From Kiritimatiellia bacterium (GTDB taxonomy: Bacteria; Verrucomicrobiota; Kiritimatiellia; RFP12; UBA1067): DNA of 64,000 nucleotides. Shown here piece after piece: positions 38,265-48,321 of the stretch. The stretch's first letter is position 1; the number at the start of each line of letters is the position of its first letter. The notes beneath the pieces are model-generated. The model did no database searches. It saw only the letters and a program-made list of their open reading frames with translations, and was not told the origin of the DNA. Position numbers and translations under genes: made by a program. The stretch covers positions 608,001 through 672,000 of the forward strand of contig JBMNFY010000017.1 in NCBI GenBank assembly GCA_050949565.1. The letters run 5' to 3'.

Positions 38265-40229
38265 TCAGCTTAGGCGGATCTTGCCGGCCAGCCGCATCAG
38301 GCAGATCGTCGACACGACCGATATCACGCACAGCAGACAGCCGACACCAATCGCACCGTACAGCAGTTTCCCGACACCGAACAGCGCAGTCCAGACCGCC
38401 AAGCATCCGACCATCATGCAGAGCAGGCCGGTCGGCACGTCCCAACCCTCGGTCGCCTTGGGCAGGTCCGAGGCTTCCTCGACCTTGCGCCAGCCCGAAC
38501 CGCCTGCGCGGATCTTGGTGCAGAATTTCGCCAGCACGTCCTGTTTTTCGGGCGGCGTCAGATAGGTCACCGTGAGCCAGCCCGCCGTTGTGATCAGGAT
38601 GCCGATCACTAACTTCCATGCGCTGTAGTCCATAATGTTAAAGAGGCCGGCCTCGCGCATCGCGGTTTCAATACCCAACGGTCCTGCCCCCCACTGGAAG
38701 AAGCAGGCGACCGCGAACGAGATGATCATCGCCGAGATTTCGCTCCAGGCGTTGATGCGCCACCAGAACCAGCGCAGGATATAGAGTAGACCAGTACCCG
38801 CGCCAATCTGCAGCAGGATATCGAACGAATCCTTGGCGTTACGCATCCAGAGCGCGACCAATCCGGAGAGCACCAGCAATGCCAGCATCGTGACCCGGCC
38901 GATGGCGACCGCCTTCTTCGGCGAGACGTCAGGATTGATGAAACGCGTGTAAAAATCCTGCACCACGTAGGATGAGCCCCAGTTGAGATGCGTCGCGATG
39001 GTGGACATATAGGCCGCAATCAACGACGCCACAATCAACCCCAGCCATCCTTTCGGCATCGTGGAGATCATGCCGGGGTAAGCAATGTCGTTACGCAGAA
39101 ACTGATCGTCCACCTTGGGGAAGGCACGCGCCAGACTACCCACGCCGGCCGCCTCGGCCTTGCGCTGGCGAACCTGCACACGCGCCTCGTCCGGCATGCT
39201 TTCTTTGGCGGTCTCGTACTGCTGAACCTCCGCCGTGTTCGCGGCCAGCCAGGCGCGCGCGGCCTCCTGCTCGGCCGGAGGCGTCACCGGGAACTCGACC
39301 AGCGAGACCAACGCAACGATGATCCACGGCCAAGGGCGCATTGCGTAGTGCAGGAAGTTGAAGAGCAGCGTGGCACCCACGGCATTCTTTTCATCCTTCG
39401 CCGACAGCATGCGCTGCGCGATATAGCCGCCGCCGCCCGGCTCGGCCCCGGGATACCAGACGTTCCACCACTGCACCGCGATCGGCAGAATCAAGACCGT
39501 CATCAGCGAGGAAAGCCCGCCCGCACGCGACGGAAACATCGACATCTTGGCCTGCACGTCGACATTCGCAAACAGCTCTTTAAGTGTCGTCAGGCCGCCG
39601 ACATCAGGCGATTTGACCGCATACACCGCCGCGAAAATCGCACCGACCATCGCGATCGTGTACTGATAGAAATCGGCCCAGATCGACCCCGTGAGTCCGC
39701 CGAGTGTCGCGTAAATCCCGACGCCTGCCGATGCGTACACCAGCGTCATGACCGGCGACAACCCGAACATCACCTGTCCGATCTTAATCGCGGCCAACGA
39801 CACCGTTGCCATGATCATGATGTTGAAAAACACACCGAGGTACAACGCACGGAAGCCACGCAGCACCGCCGCCGGCCGGCCACTGTAGCGGATTTCATAA
39901 AAGCCGAGATCGGTGTCGAGCGCTGAACGCCGCCACAGCTTGGCGTACACGAAGACCGTCAACATGCCCGTCAGCAGAAACGCCCACCAAGCCCAGTTGC
40001 CCGCCACGCCCTGCGTGCGCACGATGTCCGTCACGAGATTTGGCGTGTCGCACGAAAAAGTGCAAGCCACCATCGACACTCCAAGCAGCCACCACGGCAT
40101 CGAGCGGCCGGAAAGGAAAAAGTCCGACGCACTCTTACTGGAACGGCGCGCAGCGGCCGACCCCACCAGAATGACCGAAACCAAAAAACCGATGATGATC
40201 ACCGCATCCAACAACGAGATCTTTAACAT
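38265..40229 (-). CDS. Sodium:solute symporter family transporter
   Basis: FFLSGRSMPWW, SMVACTFSCDTP, YIAQRMLSAK, AAYMST, RWFWWRINAWSE. Confidence 0.93.
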   Translation of the reverse strand: MLKISLLDAVIIIGFLVSVILVGSAAARRSSKSASDFFLSGRSMPWWLLGVSMVACTFSCDTPNLVTDIVRTQGVAGNWAWWAFLLTGMLTVFVYAKLWRRSALDTDLGFYEIRYSGRPAAVLRGFRALYLGVFFNIMIMATVSLAAIKIGQVMFGLSPVMTLVYASAGVGIYATLGGLTGSIWADFYQYTIAMVGAIFAAVYAVKSPDVGGLTTLKELFANVDVQAKMSMFPSRAGGLSSLMTVLILPIAVQWWNVWYPGAEPGGGGYIAQRMLSAKDEKNAVGATLLFNFLHYAMRPWPWIIVALVSLVEFPVTPPAEQEAARAWLAANTAEVQQYETAKESMPDEARVQVRQRKAEAAGVGSLARAFPKVDDQFLRNDIAYPGMISTMPKGWLGLIVASLIAAYMSTIATHLNWGSSYVVQDFYTRFINPDVSPKKAVAIGRVTMLALLVLSGLVALWMRNAKDSFDILLQIGAGTGLLYILRWFWWRINAWSEISAMIISFAVACFFQWGAGPLGIETAMREAGLFNIMDYSAWKLVIGILITTAGWLTVTYLTPPEKQDVLAKFCTKIRAGGSGWRKVEEASDLPKATEGWDVPTGLLCMMVGCLAVWTALFGVGKLLYGAIGVGCLLCVISVVSTICLMRLAGKIRLS

Positions 40230-40273
40230 ACTTCTCTCCTTTTACCTCTACCTAACTTGACAGGCACCCCTGC

Positions 40274-42724
40274 TCACTGACCGACGACTTGTTTAGGCGT
40301 CAGCGAGGTCAGGCGCGAGGTGTCGATCGTAACATCAAACCCTTTGGGCACCGTGTAGGCATAGTGGAACTCACCGCCCTGCTTGGTCCAACTCAGCGTG
40401 ATCGCATCTTTGCCAACCGGGACCGTCCCGGAGCAGTATGTCAGCGGAACCTCCGCAAAGCGGAAGGTCACGCGCCGATTGACGGCGTCGATCTCACCGA
40501 TCCCCAGCACATCGCGATAGTACATGCGCGTGACGTGGCTCGCGAAACCGTGACAGCAACTCGCAGTCGGCGTGTCGTTCTCCCAAAGTGTCCCGGTCCG
40601 CTCCTCCATGCCTTGAAAATATCCCTTGGTCTCTTCCAAGATCTGCGCGGACAACCCTTGGCGGGAGAGCAGCTCCAGCCGCAGATAATTTCCGATAAAG
40701 GCGTTCGAGAAATGGATCTCCGGATGCTTGCGGGTCTGCTTCCGCTGCGGCCCGAAATCATCGCGTAGACGCGCCCACAATGCGGGGTGCGTCTCCGGCG
40801 TGGCAGTGCGGAAGAAGAAGGCGTAATACTGGCAGGTCTCGGTGCGCTCGCCCGTGACCGCGAGCGTGCTGTCCGGACGCCGCTTGGCATTATCCACGAA
40901 GTAGGTGCCGTCATACGACTGGCGCCGGACCGTCTCGCGCACGGCCTCTGCCTTAGCGCCCAGTTCCGGCATGTCGTACATACGCGCGACGCACGCCAGC
41001 ACCTCGGCGTATGTCATGTTTGAGGGATAGTTGACATCCTGCACCAACTTGTTAGCGTGCGACCATTCGACAAAGACCCAGGCCGGCAATTTCTCCAGCA
41101 GGCCGTCGCTGTTTTCGTATTGTTTGAAAAACGCCAGCAGTTCGAGAACGCGCGGCTTGAGTGCATCAATCGTCGCACGGTCGCCGCTGCGGTGCAGATA
41201 CTCTTCAAGTTGCACCACGAACCACATCGCCCAGTTGGGAATGTAGTTGCTATTGGGATGATCCGCTGGATAGCACATCGGCAGCATGCCCTTGGGCAGA
41301 GCTTCAAAGTGTTCCGGCAGCAGGTAGTTCTGGAAGAACATACGCTCCATGTCGGTATTGCCGCACAGGTCAGCAGCGACGCGGCCGATGAAAAAGCTGT
41401 CGCACAGCCAGCCCGCGCGTTCACGGCCGGGGCAATCGGTAAAGACATCCACCGCGTTTTGCTTGAAGGTCTCGCGCGCGGCTTCGAAGATGCGATTGAG
41501 CACCGGGTCGGACGACCTGAATGTCGCCCGTTCGGTATCCGGATTCACGTACTCACGGAAACCGAGATCCAGCAACTCGCAAGTCCCGCCGTCAACCATC
41601 ACTTTCAGGTATTTCAACTCGTATGGTTCGAACGATTCAAGATGATAAGTACCGGCCCGCATCAGATCGTAGGTCACGACATTGGCACATGAATACCGCG
41701 TGACGTTCACCTCGCCATCGCTCAGGATTTCATCAAACACAAAATAGATACGCGCTGGCGCATCGCAGTGTACCGTGGCGCGGATGAAGCCAGCGTTGTT
41801 GCGGACAAACTCAAAGGTGCGGAACTGGTGGTGCCCCACGACGCGGGTCTCACCGTTTTTCCATGGTTTCTGCTCGCGTGCTTGTTTTGCGGTTTCGAGC
41901 CGCTGCACCTCATAGAGCGGGATCGTCGTCAGTTCACTCTCCGGGAAGCCGGCGAAAAGCGGCCCCACGCCCTTGATCGCACGGTCCGACCAGACCTTTT
42001 TGTCCGGGTTGAGCGTAAGCGTCCCGGAGGCGACTTCGCGGACCGGCTTCAGCACGTGAAACGCCGGATAGGGCGCGATACGCGGCAGCAACGGCCGCTG
42101 CGGACGCACTGCCAACTTCACCGGCACCAAGGGACCGCCCGTGCGCCAAGTATCCGTATAAGGGGTCAGGCAATACACTTCAGAAAAAGTACGCTGGAAG
42201 CTGTAGCGCTGAACCTTTTGCACGCGGCTGGTCAGCAGATGCGCCTCGAAGCCCGCCTTATCGCGGCCGGTTGCGGCCAGCACCCTACGGCGTCCCGCTA
42301 CAATCTCAGCCTGCAGGTACGAAGGTTGATTGAGATGGTAATAACTGTTGGCATTGTAGCCCGCGACCTCGATAGCGATCACGTTCGGCCCAGGTTTGCA
42401 GACTTCTTTGAGCGGCCACTCATCCACCCGGTCATATCCGTGCGGGCCACGCGCAGGGCCATACCCCACAAACTCGCCGTTCACGAAAAGGCGGTAGACC
42501 GTCGCACCGGTCAACCGCACGACCGCGCGTTTGGCGGCTCTGCCGTCGACCGTCGCACGGAACCCGACAAACAGGTTCATCTCCTTTTCGCGTCCTTCCG
42601 GCCAGACCGGCTGGGCAGCAACGAACGACGGCGCGGCATCCCGGCCCCCGCTCTTATTAACCATCAGCGAAGAACACCCCACAATCCCCAACACTGCCAA
42701 GATCAGCACCACTCTCATCGACAT
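40274..42724 (-). CDS. GH78-like (alpha-L-rhamnosidase-like) lipoprotein
   Basis: Lipobox IVGC; GYGPARGP, DCPGRERAGWLCD, FVEWS, TGTLWE, SCCHGF. Confidence 0.85.
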   Translation of the reverse strand: MSMRVVLILAVLGIVGCSSLMVNKSGGRDAAPSFVAAQPVWPEGREKEMNLFVGFRATVDGRAAKRAVVRLTGATVYRLFVNGEFVGYGPARGPHGYDRVDEWPLKEVCKPGPNVIAIEVAGYNANSYYHLNQPSYLQAEIVAGRRRVLAATGRDKAGFEAHLLTSRVQKVQRYSFQRTFSEVYCLTPYTDTWRTGGPLVPVKLAVRPQRPLLPRIAPYPAFHVLKPVREVASGTLTLNPDKKVWSDRAIKGVGPLFAGFPESELTTIPLYEVQRLETAKQAREQKPWKNGETRVVGHHQFRTFEFVRNNAGFIRATVHCDAPARIYFVFDEILSDGEVNVTRYSCANVVTYDLMRAGTYHLESFEPYELKYLKVMVDGGTCELLDLGFREYVNPDTERATFRSSDPVLNRIFEAARETFKQNAVDVFTDCPGRERAGWLCDSFFIGRVAADLCGNTDMERMFFQNYLLPEHFEALPKGMLPMCYPADHPNSNYIPNWAMWFVVQLEEYLHRSGDRATIDALKPRVLELLAFFKQYENSDGLLEKLPAWVFVEWSHANKLVQDVNYPSNMTYAEVLACVARMYDMPELGAKAEAVRETVRRQSYDGTYFVDNAKRRPDSTLAVTGERTETCQYYAFFFRTATPETHPALWARLRDDFGPQRKQTRKHPEIHFSNAFIGNYLRLELLSRQGLSAQILEETKGYFQGMEERTGTLWENDTPTASCCHGFASHVTRMYYRDVLGIGEIDAVNRRVTFRFAEVPLTYCSGTVPVGKDAITLSWTKQGGEFHYAYTVPKGFDVTIDTSRLTSLTPKQVVGQ

Positions 42725-42752
42725 TTGACACCCTCCTCACGGCTCTTTCGTC

Positions 42753-42781
42753 ATGTTAGACATTCCCCCGCGTCAAGTCAA
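42753..42781 (-). promoter_or_regulatory. Putative sigma70 promoter
   Basis: TTGACT-17 bp-TAACAT upstream of the GH78-like gene. Confidence 0.5.
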
Positions 42782-42890
42782 CCGCACACCGCGCTACGCG
42801 CGGATTTAGGATTTAGCTCTTTGCAGGGCTGTCTCCCCGCGCGCCCCTCATTGCATGTCCCGCGCGCGCTCGGTGCCCATCCTCGTGCCC

Positions 42891-42932
42891 GTTTTTACAC
42901 TCATCATTGCGACCACTGGGTGGTCGCAATAA
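42891..42932. repeat. TTTTACACTC...GACCAC-nnn-GTGGTCGCAATAA palindromic repeat
   Basis: Near-identical copy at 54226-54267; looser relatives near 36190 (inverted) and 54038. Confidence 0.75.
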
Positions 42933-42948
42933 TTCGCGATTAAAAAAA

Positions 42949-43338
42949 TGCGGCGACCACACGGGGGCGAATAAGCCGGATTCTGTTCACCGCCCGGAGG
43001 CGGCTCCGATCATTCATCTAAGCAATCTACCCGGAACCCTATCCGGCTATTACGCCGGAGCGACACGGGCCGCGTCTCGAGTCCCCTATTTGATCTTGCT
43101 CCAGAGGGGGTTTGCCCTGCGGCGGCGCTCTCGCGCCTGCCCGGTGGTCTCTTACACCACCTTTTCACCCTTACCCGGCGCGAACGCCGGGCGGTTTGTT
43201 TTCTGTGGCGCTTTCCGTCGGCGCCGATCTGGCAGCGCCCCTCCGGCCTTAACGGCCGGACCTCTTACCCTGCGGAGTCCGGACTTTCCTCCCCTGCCAA
43301 AGCAGGAGCGATCGGTCACTCCCCATGCGGCCGCCGCA
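42949..43338 (-). ncRNA. rnpB: RNase P RNA
   Basis: GAGGAAAGTCCGGACTC near the 5' end, GGTGAAAAGGTGGTGTAAGAGACCACC, ACAGAATCCGGCTTAT near the 3' end; termini pair; mature ends approximate. Confidence 0.97.
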
Positions 43339-43410
43339 AAGCATCGCTAGCGGCAACCCAAACCGTGGAGAGCCGCCCCGCGGCGAATCTCTCCCATCGG
43401 CTAAATCCAT

Positions 43411-43442
43411 CAAAAAAGGCACCCCCTTTGCTGGGCGTGCCT
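43411..43442 (-). terminator. Intrinsic terminator after the zinc-ribbon gene
   Basis: AGGCACGCCC-loop-GGGGGTGCCT followed by a T-tract. Confidence 0.7.
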
Positions 43443-43443
43443 G

Positions 43444-44145
43444 TCATTGCTTCATAAAAAGGATGCGTCCGCACATCTGGCAGGCCACAATTCCCTGATT
43501 GCGCCGCACCATCTGCCCGACCGAGGGCGGCTGCACCAAGTGGCACCCACCGCAGACACAGTCATCGCCAAGTTCCACCACCACCGGCCACCGTTTGGAG
43601 AGCAGGCGCTCGTAATAAAACATGAACTGCGGTGTCACCTTCTTGGCCGCTTCGGCGCGCTCCGTTTTGACAGCGGCCAGTTCTTCCTGCACAGCGACCA
43701 ACCGCGCGTCCAGTTCAGCGGTATAGGCGTCCACGGCCTCTTGGTCCTCTTGAAGCTTAGCCTGCGCTTCAGCGACACGGTGCTTAACCGGGATCACGTC
43801 GTCCAACGCCACGATCTGGCGCGATTCGTAATTGGCAATCTCACCCTCAAGCTTGGCAATCTCCAGATTGTACATCTGAAACTCTTTATTCGTCTTGAGC
43901 AAAACCTGATTTTTTTTCAGGGCTTGGATTCTATCCTGACGGGCTTCGATCTCCAACTCCACCTCGCTGACTCTCAACTGGGCATTTTTCAACTCCGCCT
44001 GCGCATGGTCCAGAGCCTCGCGGGCGCCACTCAGACGCTCCTGCTCTTGGTCTTTGCGCTGCGGAATGTCACGGATTTCCTGCTGCAGGTCTCGGATGCG
44101 ACCATCGATTTCCTGCAGATCGAGCAACGGTTGAACGACACTCAC
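43444..44145 (-). CDS. Coiled-coil protein with C4 zinc ribbon (DUF164-type)
   Basis: LLDLQEID, KTNKEF, CGGCH...CQMCGRIL; GTG start after GAAGGA. Confidence 0.9.
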   Translation of the reverse strand: MSVVQPLLDLQEIDGRIRDLQQEIRDIPQRKDQEQERLSGAREALDHAQAELKNAQLRVSEVELEIEARQDRIQALKKNQVLLKTNKEFQMYNLEIAKLEGEIANYESRQIVALDDVIPVKHRVAEAQAKLQEDQEAVDAYTAELDARLVAVQEELAAVKTERAEAAKKVTPQFMFYYERLLSKRWPVVVELGDDCVCGGCHLVQPPSVGQMVRRNQGIVACQMCGRILFMKQ

Positions 44146-44241
44146 TGCGGCACTTCCTTCCGGATACAATTGATAAAGATCACGTACGAGTTGGATAGTT
44201 TACCAACTCTACCGTGAGAGTCAAACACCGATCTGCTCCGA

Positions 44242-47200
44242 TCATCTGATTAAGACGGTTGTTCCCCGCGCAGTAAACAGATCAAGCGTTTGGGTGGTCG
44301 GGTTTAGCACGACCCGAGTGTGGGAATTACCTCCCGACACGTTCCACGTGACCGTATCAAGAGGTTCAACTTGCTGGTAGTGGATCACCGGAACGCGCAC
44401 CGGCAGGTTACCCTCGCCGGTGACGTGCAGCGTCACCGTACCGCCGCCACTGAGACTGCCGACCTCAAGAAGACCGCCGATCCCGTCGATATGGCTCCAA
44501 TCCACATGCGCGCCGTCATTCAACCAAAGCGTCTCCACCGCTAACGCCGTCGGCGCGTCGATGCTGATCCTGCCGCCATCCGCCACGGCCAGCGTGCCCC
44601 GCACCGCACCGGCACCGCGCAGCGTTTGTCCGCCGCGTATGGTAACAGGTGCGGACTCGGCGACTGGCACGACCAGCGCCGCGCCTGCCGCGATCTCAAC
44701 ATCGCCCCGCCCGAGCCCCGTGGGCTGCGGATTGAGCGTATTGCCGCGTGGGACAGGGCGCACACCGAATTTAGTCCCCATCTCGGTCGACAGCAGGGCC
44801 ATCTCGGACAGAGTCAACGCACACTGCGGCAGGAAACAGAAAGCCGCGATATCACCGGCAAAGAACTGCTCGTTCAGTGCGTTCAACGAACCGACCACGA
44901 TCCGATAGGGATTGCGGGGGGTCAGGTGCTGCGCGACCGTGTGGACGACGTCCAGCCCGTCGATCATGATCCGGGTCTGTCCACCCAGCGCGTCATAGGC
45001 GATGACCGCCACATGCGGCATACCGTCATGCAGGTCATAGACTTTGGAGAGACTAGTGGCATCGGGTCCGCCGATACCTGCCATGATGCGGCCCGAACCG
45101 GAGAAAGCGATTCCCCAATCGTTCTGGATGCTCGCCTGTTCGGCATCGATCAAACCGACGCTGCTATACCACGCCGGCACATCCTTGCCAGGGACCGTCG
45201 TACGGAAAACAAGCGCCACCGTGAAGTTGGTTGATCCGGCCACCGGGCTGTCGCCGGCCGGGATTCCCAAAGCGTTCCTCACGCCATCAAATCGGACACC
45301 GTTATGTCCGTAGAAGGCATCCGTCACCAGTGTCGGCGCTGTGATACCGGTCTTTCCGACGCCCGCCGGCGTGGCCTTACAGGCACCGTTCGTTGATGCC
45401 CATTCATCAACAGGACTGCCGTTTTCCCCAGTCAGCGTGTCGGCATCCCACACCACCGCTTCGTAAGGCAGCGTATCGCCCGCCGGGCTTGAAGGCACAC
45501 CCATCTCGCCAATGGAGGGCGTGACGATCGCAGGCTCCTCGAACAACGCATCGGAGACACCGTAGGCCGCCGCCAACTCGCTGCCGATGAGGTTTTGTTC
45601 GTCCGGCGAGAGTGCGTGATTGCGATAGATACGGATCTCGGCCATGTCGCCGTTGAAGTACTTGCCATTCTCAAGATTGACCGAGCCGAACAGCATGCGA
45701 TAAGCGTTGCGGGCGGCGACCGTGGTGGCTGTCGACGCGGCGGTCGTGACACGGCCGTCCACGTTCATCGTGAGATTGGTACCCTCCCACGTGTATATCG
45801 CGACATGCGGCTGATTGTTGACCACGGAGCGTCCGGCTGCAGAATAGACGGTCGTATCTTTGTTCGCCGTGGGGAGGAACCCCGCACCGCCGCCGACCTG
45901 ACCGGAGGCATTGTAGACCAAGCCCCAATCGTTTTGAATACCGCCTTGCTCGCCATCGACCAAACCGGTGTTGCTGTACCAGTTAGCGGCACCGCCACTA
46001 CCGGCCGTCCCAGTCTTGAACACGATGGCGATTGAGAAACTGGTGGCACCAGAGATCGGACTCTCCGCGGCATCAATCGCCAAATACTGCTGCGCCGCAT
46101 TGGAGAACCTCACAACGCTGTGCCCGTTTAGTTCATTACGGACCAGGCGCGGCGTCCGCGCCTCGACCGCATTTGTGGCCGAGACCAAATTGTTCAGCGC
46201 GGGCCATTCAGAGACCAGCGCGTTATTCGTTCCGGCAAGGCTATCGGCCGTCCACCGATAGCAATCGGGGCCGGAACCGGTACCGGCCACCGCGAGCGTG
46301 CCGGCCTCGACAACGGTCTTCCCCTCATACGCCGCCTCGCCGGCCAGCACCAGCGTGCCCGCCCCGCGCTTGGTAAGTTGTCCCGGACCGTAGACCGCGC
46401 CGCTGAGCACGATACGCCGTCCGACGCCGTTCGTATCGGCGGTATTGAACACGGTGCCGCCGTCAGCGTCACTCAGCATCAGATCCAGCGGCGACGACCA
46501 AGAGTCGCCGGCTCTCAACGTGCCGCCTTGAAGTTTCATCGCGTAAGCCGATCCGGACGCACCGTTGTTCCAAGTGCGTCCCGCATAAAGCCCGCGCGCG
46601 CCCAGCAGCAATTCGCCGCCGGTCATCTTGAACATTGAGTACGCGTTGGTAATGGCATAGGCCGGATTGTCTATCGACCGGCCCAAAACAATCTGGTCGA
46701 TGTCAGCCCGTCCGCCCCGCATCAGAAAAACACCCGATATACTCGGTGCCGGTGTGTAGACGTAATCGAGCCATGACAGGTGTACCCCCGAATCCACACC
46801 GCGGGCACCTGTGATCCGGAAGTCACCACCGGTCAGTTCAAGCGTATTGAGCCCCCAGAAGTTGCCGCTGCACCAGCCGACCTTGACGCTGTTAACCGAA
46901 ACCGTACCGCCTGTCTGCAGAAAGCGGCTTTCTGTGCTGAGCGACGACGTGCCATTACCGATCAGTATGCCGCTTGTCAACGCAAGCGAACCGCCATTGA
47001 CGGTGTGCCGCGCGTTGTAAGTAGAGTACTGCACTTGAAGTTCGTAACCACTCAAGGTGCCTCCGTTTTGAATGCCGTACCCATTGTCGATCGTGAACCG
47101 TCCGCCGGGAAAAAGGAAAGTGTCGCCCTCCTCGAATTGCAACGTGCCGCCGGCGGTCAGCCCGTTCCAGCATGTGACGGAGGCCAGGCGATCAGCAAAG

Positions 47201-47865
47201 AGATCAGACCAGAGAATGGAATCCTTGAACGTCATCTCCCATCTTCCACCTCCCTTGATCGTGAAGGCTTTCGCCCAGCGGCCGGACTTTGTGAAGCGAC
47301 TGGTAGATACGGCATTTGTGATGGTCAGGTTGCCCGAATATCCGGATGCGACGTTCCACATGGTCTGGCTGGGCATATCAAGTGTCCAATCAGAGGCCCC
47401 CGAAACCGTTTCGTTGAACGTCACGTTACGCCGGTCGAGCTGCCAGACCTGCGGGGCGCTCAGCGCCAGCGGCAGCCCCAACGAAAGTGCAAGCCCCGAT
47501 CCGCTCAACTCCACACCGCCCGCGCCGAGTGTCAACGTCGCCGCATCGGTACCATTGGTGGTGAGCACCGCTGTACCGAGCACGCCGGACACGGGAGACG
47601 TTTGGTTGGTGAAGACAATCCCGGCCCACGCAAGGTCATCCGTCACGACAAAAGTCAGCGTGTTGGTGGTGACCCGTTCGTCAAAAACCGCCACATCTTC
47701 GGGGCCCGGCACAATGCCACCCTCCCAACTCAGCGGATCATTCAGCGATCGCGTATTGTCCGCCTTATACACCCAGCCGCCGAACGCGGAAGTGCCGAAC
47801 CCGCCCAGCGCCCCCATGACAGCAAGTGTGCGGATGACCCCATACCTTCTCCAAGTTTGTCTCAT
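44242..47865 (-). CDS. Large secreted protein with an autotransporter-associated beta-strand repeat and two LamG-like domains
   Basis: Signal peptide; LTKRGAGTLVLAG...YEGKTVVEAGTL; duplicated WY...GL.D.EQ..IQNDWG...F.GD.A module. Confidence 0.82.
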   Translation of the reverse strand: MRQTWRRYGVIRTLAVMGALGGFGTSAFGGWVYKADNTRSLNDPLSWEGGIVPGPEDVAVFDERVTTNTLTFVVTDDLAWAGIVFTNQTSPVSGVLGTAVLTTNGTDAATLTLGAGGVELSGSGLALSLGLPLALSAPQVWQLDRRNVTFNETVSGASDWTLDMPSQTMWNVASGYSGNLTITNAVSTSRFTKSGRWAKAFTIKGGGRWEMTFKDSILWSDLFADRLASVTCWNGLTAGGTLQFEEGDTFLFPGGRFTIDNGYGIQNGGTLSGYELQVQYSTYNARHTVNGGSLALTSGILIGNGTSSLSTESRFLQTGGTVSVNSVKVGWCSGNFWGLNTLELTGGDFRITGARGVDSGVHLSWLDYVYTPAPSISGVFLMRGGRADIDQIVLGRSIDNPAYAITNAYSMFKMTGGELLLGARGLYAGRTWNNGASGSAYAMKLQGGTLRAGDSWSSPLDLMLSDADGGTVFNTADTNGVGRRIVLSGAVYGPGQLTKRGAGTLVLAGEAAYEGKTVVEAGTLAVAGTGSGPDCYRWTADSLAGTNNALVSEWPALNNLVSATNAVEARTPRLVRNELNGHSVVRFSNAAQQYLAIDAAESPISGATSFSIAIVFKTGTAGSGGAANWYSNTGLVDGEQGGIQNDWGLVYNASGQVGGGAGFLPTANKDTTVYSAAGRSVVNNQPHVAIYTWEGTNLTMNVDGRVTTAASTATTVAARNAYRMLFGSVNLENGKYFNGDMAEIRIYRNHALSPDEQNLIGSELAAAYGVSDALFEEPAIVTPSIGEMGVPSSPAGDTLPYEAVVWDADTLTGENGSPVDEWASTNGACKATPAGVGKTGITAPTLVTDAFYGHNGVRFDGVRNALGIPAGDSPVAGSTNFTVALVFRTTVPGKDVPAWYSSVGLIDAEQASIQNDWGIAFSGSGRIMAGIGGPDATSLSKVYDLHDGMPHVAVIAYDALGGQTRIMIDGLDVVHTVAQHLTPRNPYRIVVGSLNALNEQFFAGDIAAFCFLPQCALTLSEMALLSTEMGTKFGVRPVPRGNTLNPQPTGLGRGDVEIAAGAALVVPVAESAPVTIRGGQTLRGAGAVRGTLAVADGGRISIDAPTALAVETLWLNDGAHVDWSHIDGIGGLLEVGSLSGGGTVTLHVTGEGNLPVRVPVIHYQQVEPLDTVTWNVSGGNSHTRVVLNPTTQTLDLFTARGTTVLIR

Positions 47866-48076
47866 AGCGGCACCTCCTTACAAACCATACACAACGTCGT
47901 TATGTCGTTTTATAGCACATCGCCACAAGGTTCGACAATGAAAATTGCACACGGCATGAGGCTCTTGCAAAACCCCCACACCGCAACGCCTGACGGCCTG
48001 CGGGCGGGACGTCTTGTCAGCGAACCATCCCACCGCCCGGCGCGGCCGGGCATGACGCTCCGCCCCACGCCGCGTC

Positions 48077-48218
48077 GCCTTCTGCACGGCACCATACCGC
48101 GCCCAAAACGAACAGGGGTATTGTCGCACATTCCGGGGTGTTTGTCTGCCTTCTGCACGGCACCATACCGCGCCCAAAACAAACAGGGGTATTGTCGCAC
48201 ATTCCGGGGTGTTTGTCT
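48077..48218 (+). repeat. 71-bp tandem duplication in the IS leader
   Basis: 48077-48147 vs 48148-48218, one mismatch. Confidence 0.95.
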
Positions 48219-48321
48219 ACCCCCCCCGATTTTTGTTGTATCTTGTTGCCGCGCAATATGTTACAATGCCTCCATCATCCGTAAGGACGGAAAAACAAAC
48301 GCGGAAAGGAGACAAAAACGC

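Noticed and set aside
46780-48321. 885-aa transposase fusion ORF
   Set aside because: The extension is antisense to the LamG gene and crosses the TIR; the RBS-supported start is 48322
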